The position numbers were made by a program, and so were the translations under genes. Shown in pieces: positions 20,030 through 28,585 of a stretch of DNA of 64,000 nucleotides. Location: contig JABDCB010000006.1 in assembly GCA_013288325.1 (NCBI GenBank), positions 10,324 through 74,323 of the forward strand. Direction: 5' to 3'. Source of the stretch: Bacteroidota bacterium (lineage in GTDB: Bacteria; Bacteroidota; Bacteroidia; Palsa-965). The notes beneath the pieces are model-generated. The model was not told where the DNA came from, did no database searches, and saw only the letters and a list, made by a program, of their open reading frames with translations. How positions within the stretch are numbered: position 1 is the stretch's first letter; every line of letters begins with the position of its first letter.

Positions 20030-20616
20030 TCTCTTCAGGATTAAGTTGCCTGTTTCAGTCATAACATTTTCCACCCCATTTTTTGAGTATTTCAATCCTC
20101 CTATTTCGGATTTCTCAATTTTCTACCTTCTAATAAATGTTTTTTGGTTATTTAATCTGTCTTCTATCCTGTCTTCAAAATATCCGAGGCAAAAAGGGGA
20201 AGAGGTTTATAGGCCTTCCTGTTTCATGGAATACCTGTGATTCAGCATCCCCTTTCTATATTCTGAACAATTAACCCTTTCGTAGGATCTCGTTTTTGTT
20301 CGTTTTTCCTCAAAAACAACAGAGAATGATCTGAAATATGGTAGAAATGCGCTAAAAATGCCACCTTTATTTATCCAAAAGGGCCAAAAAAGCAAACTCT
20401 TCGGCTTTGAGCAGCAGATTACCGATCAATTTACATTGTGTATATTTGAAAGCTTTCTTTTGGACGAAGAGAGCTACTTAAAAAGTATAAAATTCTGTCC
20501 CCTGATTGTAATGACAGGATAAATTGAATTCTCTTTTCGAAGCACTTTCAATTTTGTTGGAAGAATAAAAAAGAGAGTATTAATATTCTTGGTGAAAGCC
20601 AATAAAAATATAACTC

Positions 20617-22005
20617 ATGGGATGTAGCGGATGCTCGACCGGACGAGGGTGCGATACAGTAAGTAGCACACCAGCCGGATGCAAGAATAATGGTTCCTGC
20701 GGGACTGGTGGATGTAACAAACTGAATGTATTCGACTGGCTCGCTAATATGGAATTACCTGGCGGTCAGGCTCCATTTGATATTGTAGAAGTTCGTTTCA
20801 AGAATAGCAGGAAAGAATTTTTCAGAAATGTCAATAATCTTCCTCTCATAGCAGGCGAAGCCGTTGCTGTGGAAGCTTCTCCAGGACATGATATGGGTAC
20901 TGTTTCCTTAACAGGGGAGTTGGTTCGTCTTCAGATGAAAAAGAAGAGTATGGATCCGGCTGCTACTGATATCCGTAAACTATACCGTAAAGCCCGCCAG
21001 AATGATATTGATAAATGGAAGGAAGCGCAGCAGCTCGAGAACAATACCATGTACAAGGCCAGAACCATTGCCGTGAGGCTAGGGTTGAATATGAAGATTA
21101 GTGATGTGGAGTATCAGGGAGACAAAACAAAAGCTATTTTTTACTATACCGCAGAGGAGCGGGTAGATTTCAGAGAACTTATCAAGATTCTTGCAGAAGA
21201 ATTCAGGGTGCGTATTGAAATGCGCCAGATAGGAGCCCGTCAGGAAGCCAGCCGGTTAGGTGGCATCGGGTCGTGTGGAAGGGAATTGTGCTGTTCTACC
21301 TGGCTCACGGATTTCCGTTCGGTAACAATAGGGGCTGCGCGTTATCAGCAGCTATCCCTTAATCCATTGAAACTTGCCGGGCAATGCGGAAAGCTTAAAT
21401 GCTGTTTGAATTATGAACTCGACAGCTATCTGGATGCATTGAAAGATTTTCCGGAAACAGATACTAAACTGGAAACTGAAAAAGGCATTCCTTTTCATCA
21501 GAAAACAGATATTTTTCGCCGTATCATCTTCTATTCTTTCCGTGACGAGCCCGATGTATTTATTCCGGTTCCTGTACAGCGTGTGAAAGAGATTATTGCC
21601 ATGAATAAGGAAGGTAAAAAACCGGCCACACTGCTGATTCATAAAGATCCTGTTTTTGAGAAAAAAGAACCCGATTTCGAAAATGTTGTTGGACAAGACA
21701 GCCTGACCCGTTTTGATAAGAAAAAAGGTCCCCGGAATAATAATAAGAAAAGAAGAAAACCTCAGGGACCAAGACCTGAAGGAGAAAATAAACCTGCCGG
21801 TGCCGGTAATCAGCAGGGCAGAAGACAGGAAGTCAGGCCTCAAAATCCGGATAATAAAAACAAAGCTCCTGATAACAGGCCACCGAATAACCGTCCACAA
21901 AATAACCGTCAACAGGGTAAGCTGAATAATAATCCCCGTAACAACCGTAACCGTCCTCCAAGAGGAACATTGCCGGGTGCAGGGGCCGGTGACAAGAAAG
22001 AATGA
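20617..22005 (+). CDS. PSP1 domain protein (YaaT/RicT-like) with Cys-rich N-terminus and long basic low-complexity tail
   Basis: 462 aa. The N-terminus is MGCSGCSTGRGCD..GCKNNGSCGTGGC. The PSP1 core includes CGRELCCSTWL and CGKLKCCLNYE. About the last 95 aa are rich in N, R, P, Q and K. Confidence 0.8.
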   Translation: MGCSGCSTGRGCDTVSSTPAGCKNNGSCGTGGCNKLNVFDWLANMELPGGQAPFDIVEVRFKNSRKEFFRNVNNLPLIAGEAVAVEASPGHDMGTVSLTGELVRLQMKKKSMDPAATDIRKLYRKARQNDIDKWKEAQQLENNTMYKARTIAVRLGLNMKISDVEYQGDKTKAIFYYTAEERVDFRELIKILAEEFRVRIEMRQIGARQEASRLGGIGSCGRELCCSTWLTDFRSVTIGAARYQQLSLNPLKLAGQCGKLKCCLNYELDSYLDALKDFPETDTKLETEKGIPFHQKTDIFRRIIFYSFRDEPDVFIPVPVQRVKEIIAMNKEGKKPATLLIHKDPVFEKKEPDFENVVGQDSLTRFDKKKGPRNNNKKRRKPQGPRPEGENKPAGAGNQQGRRQEVRPQNPDNKNKAPDNRPPNNRPQNNRQQGKLNNNPRNNRNRPPRGTLPGAGAGDKKE

Positions 22006-22058
22006 GCTGTGTATTTAATCTGAATAAGAAATCAAAGCATAAGAATCAAGACCAGATA

Positions 22059-22583
22059 ATGTTTGTTATAAAGAAGCTATCGCATCATAAATCAAGCCAG
22101 CGGATTTCTCGGTCGGGATTTATGTATGTTGTTTTTCTTTCACTGATTCTTTTGTTTTCGGGTTGTGACAAAAACCGTGTTTTTGAAAAAAACGAAGAAA
22201 TACACAACTACGTTTGGGATGTGAAAGATGTGAAATCATTTGAGGTAATTGTAAATGATACCACCACCCCGAATAATTTTTATGTTAATGTAAGGAATGC
22301 AGACGGGTATCAGTACAGCAACCTCTATCTCTTTATTAAAACAATTTTCCCAAACGGTAAATCTTCGCGGGATACACTTGAATGTATCCTAGCCAATGAA
22401 GAAGGTCGTTGGCTTGGAAAAGGACTGGGCGATATCTGGGATAACCAAATTGTTTTTAAAAAAGCAAAACGCTTCCCTCTTATGGGCAAATACACTTTTA
22501 TAATCGAGCAGGCCATGCGTCAGCCTCAATTGCCAATGGTGATGGACGTAGGAATGAGGATTGAGAAGGTGGAAAAAAAGTAA
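22059..22583 (+). CDS. gldH: gliding-motility lipoprotein GldH
   Basis: The ORF is open from 22002, and the start at 22059 is my preferred choice because it gives a basic n-region and the lipobox LLFSGC. The remainder (VWDVKD..YQYSNLYLFI..PNGK..DTLEC.LA...GRWLGKG.GDIW) matches my recollection of the GldH family. Placement between the PSP1 and PBP1a genes is typical in Bacteroidota. Confidence 0.7.
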   Translation: MFVIKKLSHHKSSQRISRSGFMYVVFLSLILLFSGCDKNRVFEKNEEIHNYVWDVKDVKSFEVIVNDTTTPNNFYVNVRNADGYQYSNLYLFIKTIFPNGKSSRDTLECILANEEGRWLGKGLGDIWDNQIVFKKAKRFPLMGKYTFIIEQAMRQPQLPMVMDVGMRIEKVEKK

Positions 22584-22587
22584 AAGC

Positions 22588-24858
22588 ATGGCTGCTGAAA
22601 AAGAAAAAAAAACCAGTCCTTATAAACTTTATATCCGCATTTTCTGGATACTGCTACTCCTGCCTCCGGTAGCGTTAATTATTCTGGTTGGCTCTATTGC
22701 ACTTTTTTCCGACCTGCCGGCTACCAAAGATTTAACCAACCCCAAAACAAATCTGGCCTCCGAAGTATTCTCCTCTGATCTGAAAACCCTGGGCAAATAT
22801 TATAAGGAAAACCGGGTAAATGTCAAATACAAGGATCTGGACACAACCTTGGTTGCCGCATTGGTAGCCACAGAGGATGCTCGTTTTTATGAGCATAGCG
22901 GAGTAGATGGAAAAGGATTGTTTCGTGTTTTGAGCAGAACCATTATTGGTGGCGACAAAAGTTCAGGAGGTGGAAGTACGCTGAGTCAGCAATTGGCGAA
23001 GATGCTTTTTCCCAGAGAAAAACTTCAGACTAAGTGGCAGACCATCAAACGTAAAATAAAGGAATGGATTATTGCCGTAAGATTGGAAAGGCAGTATACG
23101 AAGGAGGAAATCCTGACCATGTATCTTAATAAATTTGATTTTCTTAATCAGGCAGTAGGAATTAAATCGGCTGCTCAGATCTATTTTGATAGCACTCCTG
23201 ATAAACTGGAAGTGGAGCAGAGTGCTATGCTGGTAGGGATGGCAAAAAATCCTGCCATCTTTAATCCCGCCAGCGCTCGGCGGGTGGATACAACAACACA
23301 AAGAAGAAATGTGGTGCTGAAACAAATGGTGAAATACCATTATCTGACTCAGGCCAAATACGATGAGTTAAAAGGCAAACCCATCAAACTTCATTTCCGG
23401 CCTGAGGATCATAATGAAGGATTGGCTACATATTTTCGTGAATACCTGCGTGACCGCTTTTTAAAGAAGTGGTGTGCCGAACATCTGAATCCTGCAACAG
23501 GGAAGAACTACGATATGTATCGTGACGGGTTACGCATCTTTACCACCATTGATTCGCGGATGCAGAAATATGCGGAAGAAGCGGTGGCTCAGCATATGCC
23601 ATATCTCCAGGAAGAATTCAATAAACAGAAAAAGAAAAATTTCCCTTTCAGCTGGAAAGTAACCAAGGACGAAATAGAAAACATGATGACGGCCGGAATG
23701 AAGAGCTCGGACCGGTATCATAATATGAAAGAAGCCGGAGCATCGGAATCTGAAATTGAGCAGGCTTTTCACACGCCTACAGAAATGCGGGTGTTTCACT
23801 GGAGCGGGGACCGGGATACCACCCTTACCCCATGGGATTCTATTCGATACTACAAATCGTTTCTTCAAACAGGATTCATGAGCATGGAGCCTCAAACCGG
23901 ATTTGTAAAAGCATGGGTAGGAGGAATCAATTATAGACATTTTAAATACGATCACGTTAAAGAAAGCAAACGTCAGGTAGGATCTACATTCAAACCGTTT
24001 GTATATGCCTTGGCAATACAGGAGGGATGGTCGCCTTGTATGCAGGTGCCTTGTGTGCGAACTTGCATTGATCTTCCGGAGGGAGGAGAATGGTGCCCGG
24101 ATAATGCAGGCGGCAAAGCGGATGAAGCGGTAGAGGGGAAAATGATCACCCTCAAAAAAGCTTTGGCGATGTCTATCAATTACATTTCAGCATATATTAT
24201 GAAGCAGTTTGGACCAAAAGCGGTGGAACAGTTTGCAAGACGATGTGGTATCACAAGTCCGATCGAAATAGTTCCTTCCATGTGCCTGGGTACGCCTGAT
24301 ATTTCAGTATACGAAATGGTAGGTGCCAACAGTACTTTTGCAAACAAAGGAACATGGATAGAACCCATTTTTGTAACACGGATTGAAGATAAGAGCGGAA
24401 AGGTTATTGCCGAATTCATGCCTAAGTCGGATGAAGCCATGAATGAGGAAAAAGCATATATTATGACTGTGTTGATGAAGGGAGTAGTGGAGTATGGTAC
24501 AGGCTTCAGCCTTCGTGGTAAATACAAACTAACCAATCCAATTGCGGGTAAAACAGGTACGACACAAAATAATTCCGATGGTTGGTTTATGGGTCTTACA
24601 CCTGATCTCGTGTCCGGCTGCTGGGTAGGGGGTGAAGATCGTAGCGTGCATTTCGATAATATGGCCATGGGTCAGGGTGCAACTATGGCTCTGCCTATTT
24701 GGGGGTTGTATATGCAAAAAGTATATGCCGATAAAACGCTCAAAATATCGCAACGCGATTTTGACAAACCGGCAAAGAAGATTTCCATAGAGCTGGATTG
24801 TTCCAAATACGATAAGGATGACGGAGGAACTCCTCCCGACGATCCCTTCGATCAATAA
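22588..24858 (+). CDS. penicillin-binding protein 1A (bifunctional transglycosylase/transpeptidase)
   Basis: GT51 motifs EDARFYEHSGVD and GGSTLSQQLAK. Transpeptidase motifs STFKP and KTGTT. The ORF is open from 22561, and the Met at 22588 avoids overlap with gldH. Confidence 0.92.
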   Translation: MAAEKEKKTSPYKLYIRIFWILLLLPPVALIILVGSIALFSDLPATKDLTNPKTNLASEVFSSDLKTLGKYYKENRVNVKYKDLDTTLVAALVATEDARFYEHSGVDGKGLFRVLSRTIIGGDKSSGGGSTLSQQLAKMLFPREKLQTKWQTIKRKIKEWIIAVRLERQYTKEEILTMYLNKFDFLNQAVGIKSAAQIYFDSTPDKLEVEQSAMLVGMAKNPAIFNPASARRVDTTTQRRNVVLKQMVKYHYLTQAKYDELKGKPIKLHFRPEDHNEGLATYFREYLRDRFLKKWCAEHLNPATGKNYDMYRDGLRIFTTIDSRMQKYAEEAVAQHMPYLQEEFNKQKKKNFPFSWKVTKDEIENMMTAGMKSSDRYHNMKEAGASESEIEQAFHTPTEMRVFHWSGDRDTTLTPWDSIRYYKSFLQTGFMSMEPQTGFVKAWVGGINYRHFKYDHVKESKRQVGSTFKPFVYALAIQEGWSPCMQVPCVRTCIDLPEGGEWCPDNAGGKADEAVEGKMITLKKALAMSINYISAYIMKQFGPKAVEQFARRCGITSPIEIVPSMCLGTPDISVYEMVGANSTFANKGTWIEPIFVTRIEDKSGKVIAEFMPKSDEAMNEEKAYIMTVLMKGVVEYGTGFSLRGKYKLTNPIAGKTGTTQNNSDGWFMGLTPDLVSGCWVGGEDRSVHFDNMAMGQGATMALPIWGLYMQKVYADKTLKISQRDFDKPAKKISIELDCSKYDKDDGGTPPDDPFDQ

Positions 24859-24930
24859 TTAAGCAGCCTAAAAGGTTAAACAAAGACTTTCAGGATTTTG
24901 AACACGGAAGGTCTGTAAGAAACGACTCGC

Positions 24931-25629
24931 ATGAACAAAGTTGTAAAAAACGCCGACGAAGCTATTCACGATATCAATGACAATGCTGTTCTTATGCTGG
25001 GAGGCTTTGGTCTTTGCGGTATTCCTGAAAATTGTATTGATGCCCTTGTACGCAGGGGCTGTAATGGTCTTACCTGTATTTCCAATAATGCGGGAGTAGA
25101 TGATTTCGGTATCGGGCTGATGCTTAAGACGCATCAGGTTAAAAAAATGATTTCTTCCTACGTAGGTGAAAACGCGGAATTCGAACGACAGTTGCTGAGC
25201 GGAGAGCTGGAAGTGGAACTGATTCCTCAGGGAACGCTTGCCACCCGTTGTATGGCAGCAGGATATGGGATGCCGGCTATTTATACCCCTGCGGGAGTAG
25301 GAACGGAAGTTGCTATCGGAAAAGAAAGCCGGACTTTTCACAACAAAGAATATCTGTTGGAATATGCTTTTGATGCAGATTTTGCCCTTGTGAAAGCCTG
25401 GAAAGGAGATACACAGGGCAATCTGATTTATCGTGAAACAGCTCGAAATTTTAATCCGATGATGGCCATGGCCGGCAAAATTACGATTGCGGAAGTGGAG
25501 ATACTTGTGCAGCCGGGAGAGCTTGATCCCGATCAGATTCATACTCCCGGAATATATGTGCACCGTATTTTCCAGGGAAAAGATTATCAGAAACGAATTG
25601 AACAAAGAACTGTGAGAAAAAGGGTGTAG
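24931..25629 (+). CDS. 3-oxoacid CoA-transferase subunit A
   Basis: 232 aa with typical family-I CoA-transferase A-subunit sequence (GGFGLCGIPE, ELIPQGTLA). Subunit B follows. Confidence 0.88.
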   Translation: MNKVVKNADEAIHDINDNAVLMLGGFGLCGIPENCIDALVRRGCNGLTCISNNAGVDDFGIGLMLKTHQVKKMISSYVGENAEFERQLLSGELEVELIPQGTLATRCMAAGYGMPAIYTPAGVGTEVAIGKESRTFHNKEYLLEYAFDADFALVKAWKGDTQGNLIYRETARNFNPMMAMAGKITIAEVEILVQPGELDPDQIHTPGIYVHRIFQGKDYQKRIEQRTVRKRV

Positions 25630-25663
25630 AAGTCCTTCATCATTTTTTTTTAAAACATTTGAC

Positions 25664-26317
25664 ATGCTTGATAAAAACGATATTGCCAAACGCATAGCCC
25701 GGGAAATGAAAGACGGGTATTATGTCAACCTGGGTATTGGAATTCCAACATTGGTAGCTAATTACATTCCCAAGGGAATGAATGTGGTGTTACAATCTGA
25801 AAACGGGCTATTGGGTATGGGGCCTTTCCCTTTTGAAGGAGAAGAAGATCCTGATCTTATCAATGCCGGTAAACAGACTATCACCACTGTTCCGGGTTCG
25901 GCTTTTTTTGATTCAGCAATGAGTTTCGGGATGATACGTTCCAGAAAGGTTGATCTCACCATCCTTGGAGCCATGGAAGTAAGTGATACAGGAGATATTG
26001 CCAACTGGAAAATACCAGGCAAGATGGTAAAAGGGATGGGTGGAGCGATGGATCTTGTTGCAGCAGCCAAGAATATCATTGTAGCTATGCAGCATGTAAA
26101 TAAAGCCGGAGAATCCAAACTGTTGCCGGCCTGCGAACTGCCGCTAACAGGTGTGAAATGTGTAAAGAAGATAGTCACGGAACTGGCGGTGCTTGATATT
26201 TGTCCGGAAGGATTCCGCCTGCTCGAAAGAGCTCCGGGTGTTACTGTTGAACAAATTAAAAAAGCCACGCGTGGTCGCTTGGTTATTGAAGGTGAAATAC
26301 CGGAAATGGTAATCTGA
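25664..26317 (+). CDS. 3-oxoacid CoA-transferase subunit B
   Basis: 217 aa with the catalytic-Glu motif LQSENGLLG and GGAMDL. Confidence 0.88.
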   Translation: MLDKNDIAKRIAREMKDGYYVNLGIGIPTLVANYIPKGMNVVLQSENGLLGMGPFPFEGEEDPDLINAGKQTITTVPGSAFFDSAMSFGMIRSRKVDLTILGAMEVSDTGDIANWKIPGKMVKGMGGAMDLVAAAKNIIVAMQHVNKAGESKLLPACELPLTGVKCVKKIVTELAVLDICPEGFRLLERAPGVTVEQIKKATRGRLVIEGEIPEMVI

Positions 26318-26350
26318 ATATAGAGCTGAATCCGAATCCTAAAACCGCAT

Positions 26351-27994
26351 ATGCCAACATCCTTTACATCCAAAGCGGTTCTGAGACAAGTGCTGTTTTT
26401 TTGCATGTTGTTGCTTTTAGCCTGGATGTATAGTTATGTACAGATACTGCCTTTACGTCCCAGTAGCGTACATCAGTGGAGACAAACAGACTGTCTTTCC
26501 CTTGCTGATAATTACTACGAAGGCAATTGGAATTTTTTCCAGCCCTCTTTACACATCCTTTTTAGTGATGATGAAACAACTGGTAAATCGGCCGGAGAAT
26601 TTCCATTACTGTATTACCTGGTTGCAATCCTTTGGAAGCTTTTCGGAAAGCACGAATACATTTTCCGACTTCTTAACATTGGCATTACTTTTTGGGGACT
26701 TCATGCATTGTTTCAATTATCCTATAGGCTTTTAAAGGATGTTTTCTGGGCCATGTGTGCTGTAGTGTTTTTGTTTTCATCTCCCATATTCGTCTTTTAC
26801 TCCAATAATTTTCTGATCAATGTCCCGGCATTTTCAATCATGCTGGTTGCCGTCTATTATTTTTATCGTTTCTGGGAAGATGGGCGAGATAAACTGCTTT
26901 ATGTAAGCATGGCATTTTTTCTGCTTGTGGGGTTGTTTAAGATCTCTACCCTGATGATGTTAGCAGTTATCGCTTTGTTATTTCTTGCCGAGCTGACAAA
27001 AAAAATCACTATTAAAAAGGAAGGTCGTATTTTTCAAAGGCCATTGAAACAGGCAATCCCGTTTTTTGTTGTGTTAGGGGGTGTCGCTTCCTGGTATCTC
27101 TATGCTCGACACTATAGTGATCTCCATGGGGGGAAATACACACTTAATTATATTCATTCCTATTGGGTCACTTCCAAGCCTGATGTGGATGCCGCGTTAA
27201 AGTCGTTAAGGGAATTTATCTTTTATCAGGTTCTGAGTCCTCCTTCTTATATCTATCTGATTTTATGTCTTATTTACCTGGGGGTAAATCACCGTAAAGT
27301 AGAGACCGTATGGAAAATTATTCTGCCGGCCGTTCTTATCGGCTATTTTGTATTCGTCATGCTTTTCTTTTACTCACTGAATAATCATGATTATTACCAT
27401 GTTGATTTTCTAATCGTACCGCTATGCATTCATCTGGCGTTTATGTATTATTTGAGAAAACAGGAGCCGGTATTGTTCAACTCCTTTTTTCTCAAATTAT
27501 TCTTTTCTGCATTTATGCTCTATAACGTACTTTATTGCGCCAATAATATGCGACTAAGGTATTGGGGATTCAAGAGTGATGAGATGTACGCCCGTCAGTT
27601 GTTTTCACCTAAAGTAGACATGGATAACTGGGCCTGGCATAAATGGGCGTATGCAAACAGTCCTTATGAAACAGTTACACCTGTATTGAGAAGTATGGGA
27701 ATAAAACGTTCGGATCCGGTAATCTGCCCGGACGATTGCAGTTTTAGTATCTCCTTATATCTGATGGATCAGGTAGGCTGGACGAATATAGGCAGCTGTA
27801 TGAAAGATACGAGTGATATAGCGGATCGTATACGGCATGGTGCCAAATATATGATGATGGTGGACACGGCAGCTATATCAATGCCGCATTTAAAATATTA
27901 TGAGAAGTATGAGATGAAACAATACCAGACCCTTCACATCTACGATCTGAGGCCTTATGCCTCCTTGCCCGGAGCAGGCAAAGGAACTCCCTGA
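26351..27994 (+). CDS. polytopic membrane protein, GT-C/ArnT-like glycosyltransferase fold (predicted)
   Basis: 547 aa with more than 10 hydrophobic helices followed by a soluble C-terminal domain. The N-terminal WRQTDCLSLADNYY and EFPLLYY pattern is reminiscent of GT-C enzymes. The assignment is tentative. Confidence 0.45.
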   Translation: MPTSFTSKAVLRQVLFFCMLLLLAWMYSYVQILPLRPSSVHQWRQTDCLSLADNYYEGNWNFFQPSLHILFSDDETTGKSAGEFPLLYYLVAILWKLFGKHEYIFRLLNIGITFWGLHALFQLSYRLLKDVFWAMCAVVFLFSSPIFVFYSNNFLINVPAFSIMLVAVYYFYRFWEDGRDKLLYVSMAFFLLVGLFKISTLMMLAVIALLFLAELTKKITIKKEGRIFQRPLKQAIPFFVVLGGVASWYLYARHYSDLHGGKYTLNYIHSYWVTSKPDVDAALKSLREFIFYQVLSPPSYIYLILCLIYLGVNHRKVETVWKIILPAVLIGYFVFVMLFFYSLNNHDYYHVDFLIVPLCIHLAFMYYLRKQEPVLFNSFFLKLFFSAFMLYNVLYCANNMRLRYWGFKSDEMYARQLFSPKVDMDNWAWHKWAYANSPYETVTPVLRSMGIKRSDPVICPDDCSFSISLYLMDQVGWTNIGSCMKDTSDIADRIRHGAKYMMMVDTAAISMPHLKYYEKYEMKQYQTLHIYDLRPYASLPGAGKGTP

Positions 27995-28578
27995 TACCGG
28001 TGCAATAATTTAGCGGCATATTTTCCAAGAATATCAAACTCTACGTTTACGAGATCTCCCGGTTTCAGGAATTGAAAATTGGTATGCTTAAGTGTATAGG
28101 GAATGATGGCTACAGAGAAAAAATGATCTCCGGAATCTACAACGGTTAAACTTACTCCATTGACACAAACAGAACCTTTTTCGACGGTTATGTTGCCGGG
28201 AGAGGGATTGTATTCAAAATGAAAAAGTAAACTACCATGTTCATCCCTTATGCTTTTGCAAACGGCAGTCTGATCCACATGTCCCTGAACAATATGCCCG
28301 TCAAGCCTGTCGCCGGCCTTTAAACAACGTTCAAGATTTACAGTGTCTCCGATGTGGAGATTACCCAGATTTGTTCTTCGGAGCGTTTCTGCGATGGCCG
28401 TAACCGTATATTCCTGATCTTTTATGGAAACAACGGTGAGACAGACTCCGTTATGAGCAAGACTCTGATCGATTTTAAGTTCGTGTGTAAACGGACACCG
28501 AATGCGAATATTCAAATTTCCGTCTTCCGGATCTAAAGCGGAGATGATTCCGGCGTTTTCAATAATTCCTGTAAACAT
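27955..28578 (-). CDS. ribE: riboflavin synthase (alpha chain)
   Basis: Two lumazine-binding repeats begin at MFTGIIENAG (taken as the start, at 28578). Other motifs are LAHNGVCLTV and VCVNGVSLTV. The ORF is open to 28611. Confidence 0.9.
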   Translation of the reverse strand: MFTGIIENAGIISALDPEDGNLNIRIRCPFTHELKIDQSLAHNGVCLTVVSIKDQEYTVTAIAETLRRTNLGNLHIGDTVNLERCLKAGDRLDGHIVQGHVDQTAVCKSIRDEHGSLLFHFEYNPSPGNITVEKGSVCVNGVSLTVVDSGDHFFSVAIIPYTLKHTNFQFLKPGDLVNVEFDILGKYAAKLLHRYQGVPLPAPGKEA

Positions 28579-28585
28579 GGGCTGA

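Noticed and set aside
24914-24921. A sixth TGTAAGAA occurrence lies upstream of the CoA-transferase A gene.
   Set aside because: It lacks the TTG element at +11 (it reads gaacaa) and lies outside the signalling cluster. It is most likely a chance 8-mer and is used only as a negative comparison.
24868-25695. This is a long antisense ORF (275 aa) opposite the CoA-transferase A gene. Similar long antisense ORFs occur at 25762-26406, 21352-21912, 42246-42872, 49068-49697, 10777-11268, 45658-46203 and 62492-63049.
   Set aside because: Each lies entirely opposite a gene with strong family motifs. Each has odd composition (Cys/Phe/Ile/Ser-rich or low-complexity) and no recognisable motif. Mirror-frame ORFs of this kind are common, so I treat them as non-coding.
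27955-27994. There is a 40-nt convergent overlap of the 3' ends of the GT-C-like membrane protein gene and ribE. A similar 45-nt convergent overlap occurs at 61254-61298 between the hybrid kinase and the PAP2-like gene.
   Set aside because: The overlapping parts encode short, unconserved-looking C-terminal tails. Convergent 3' overlaps of this size occur by chance in compact genomes, and no structural or regulatory signal was seen.
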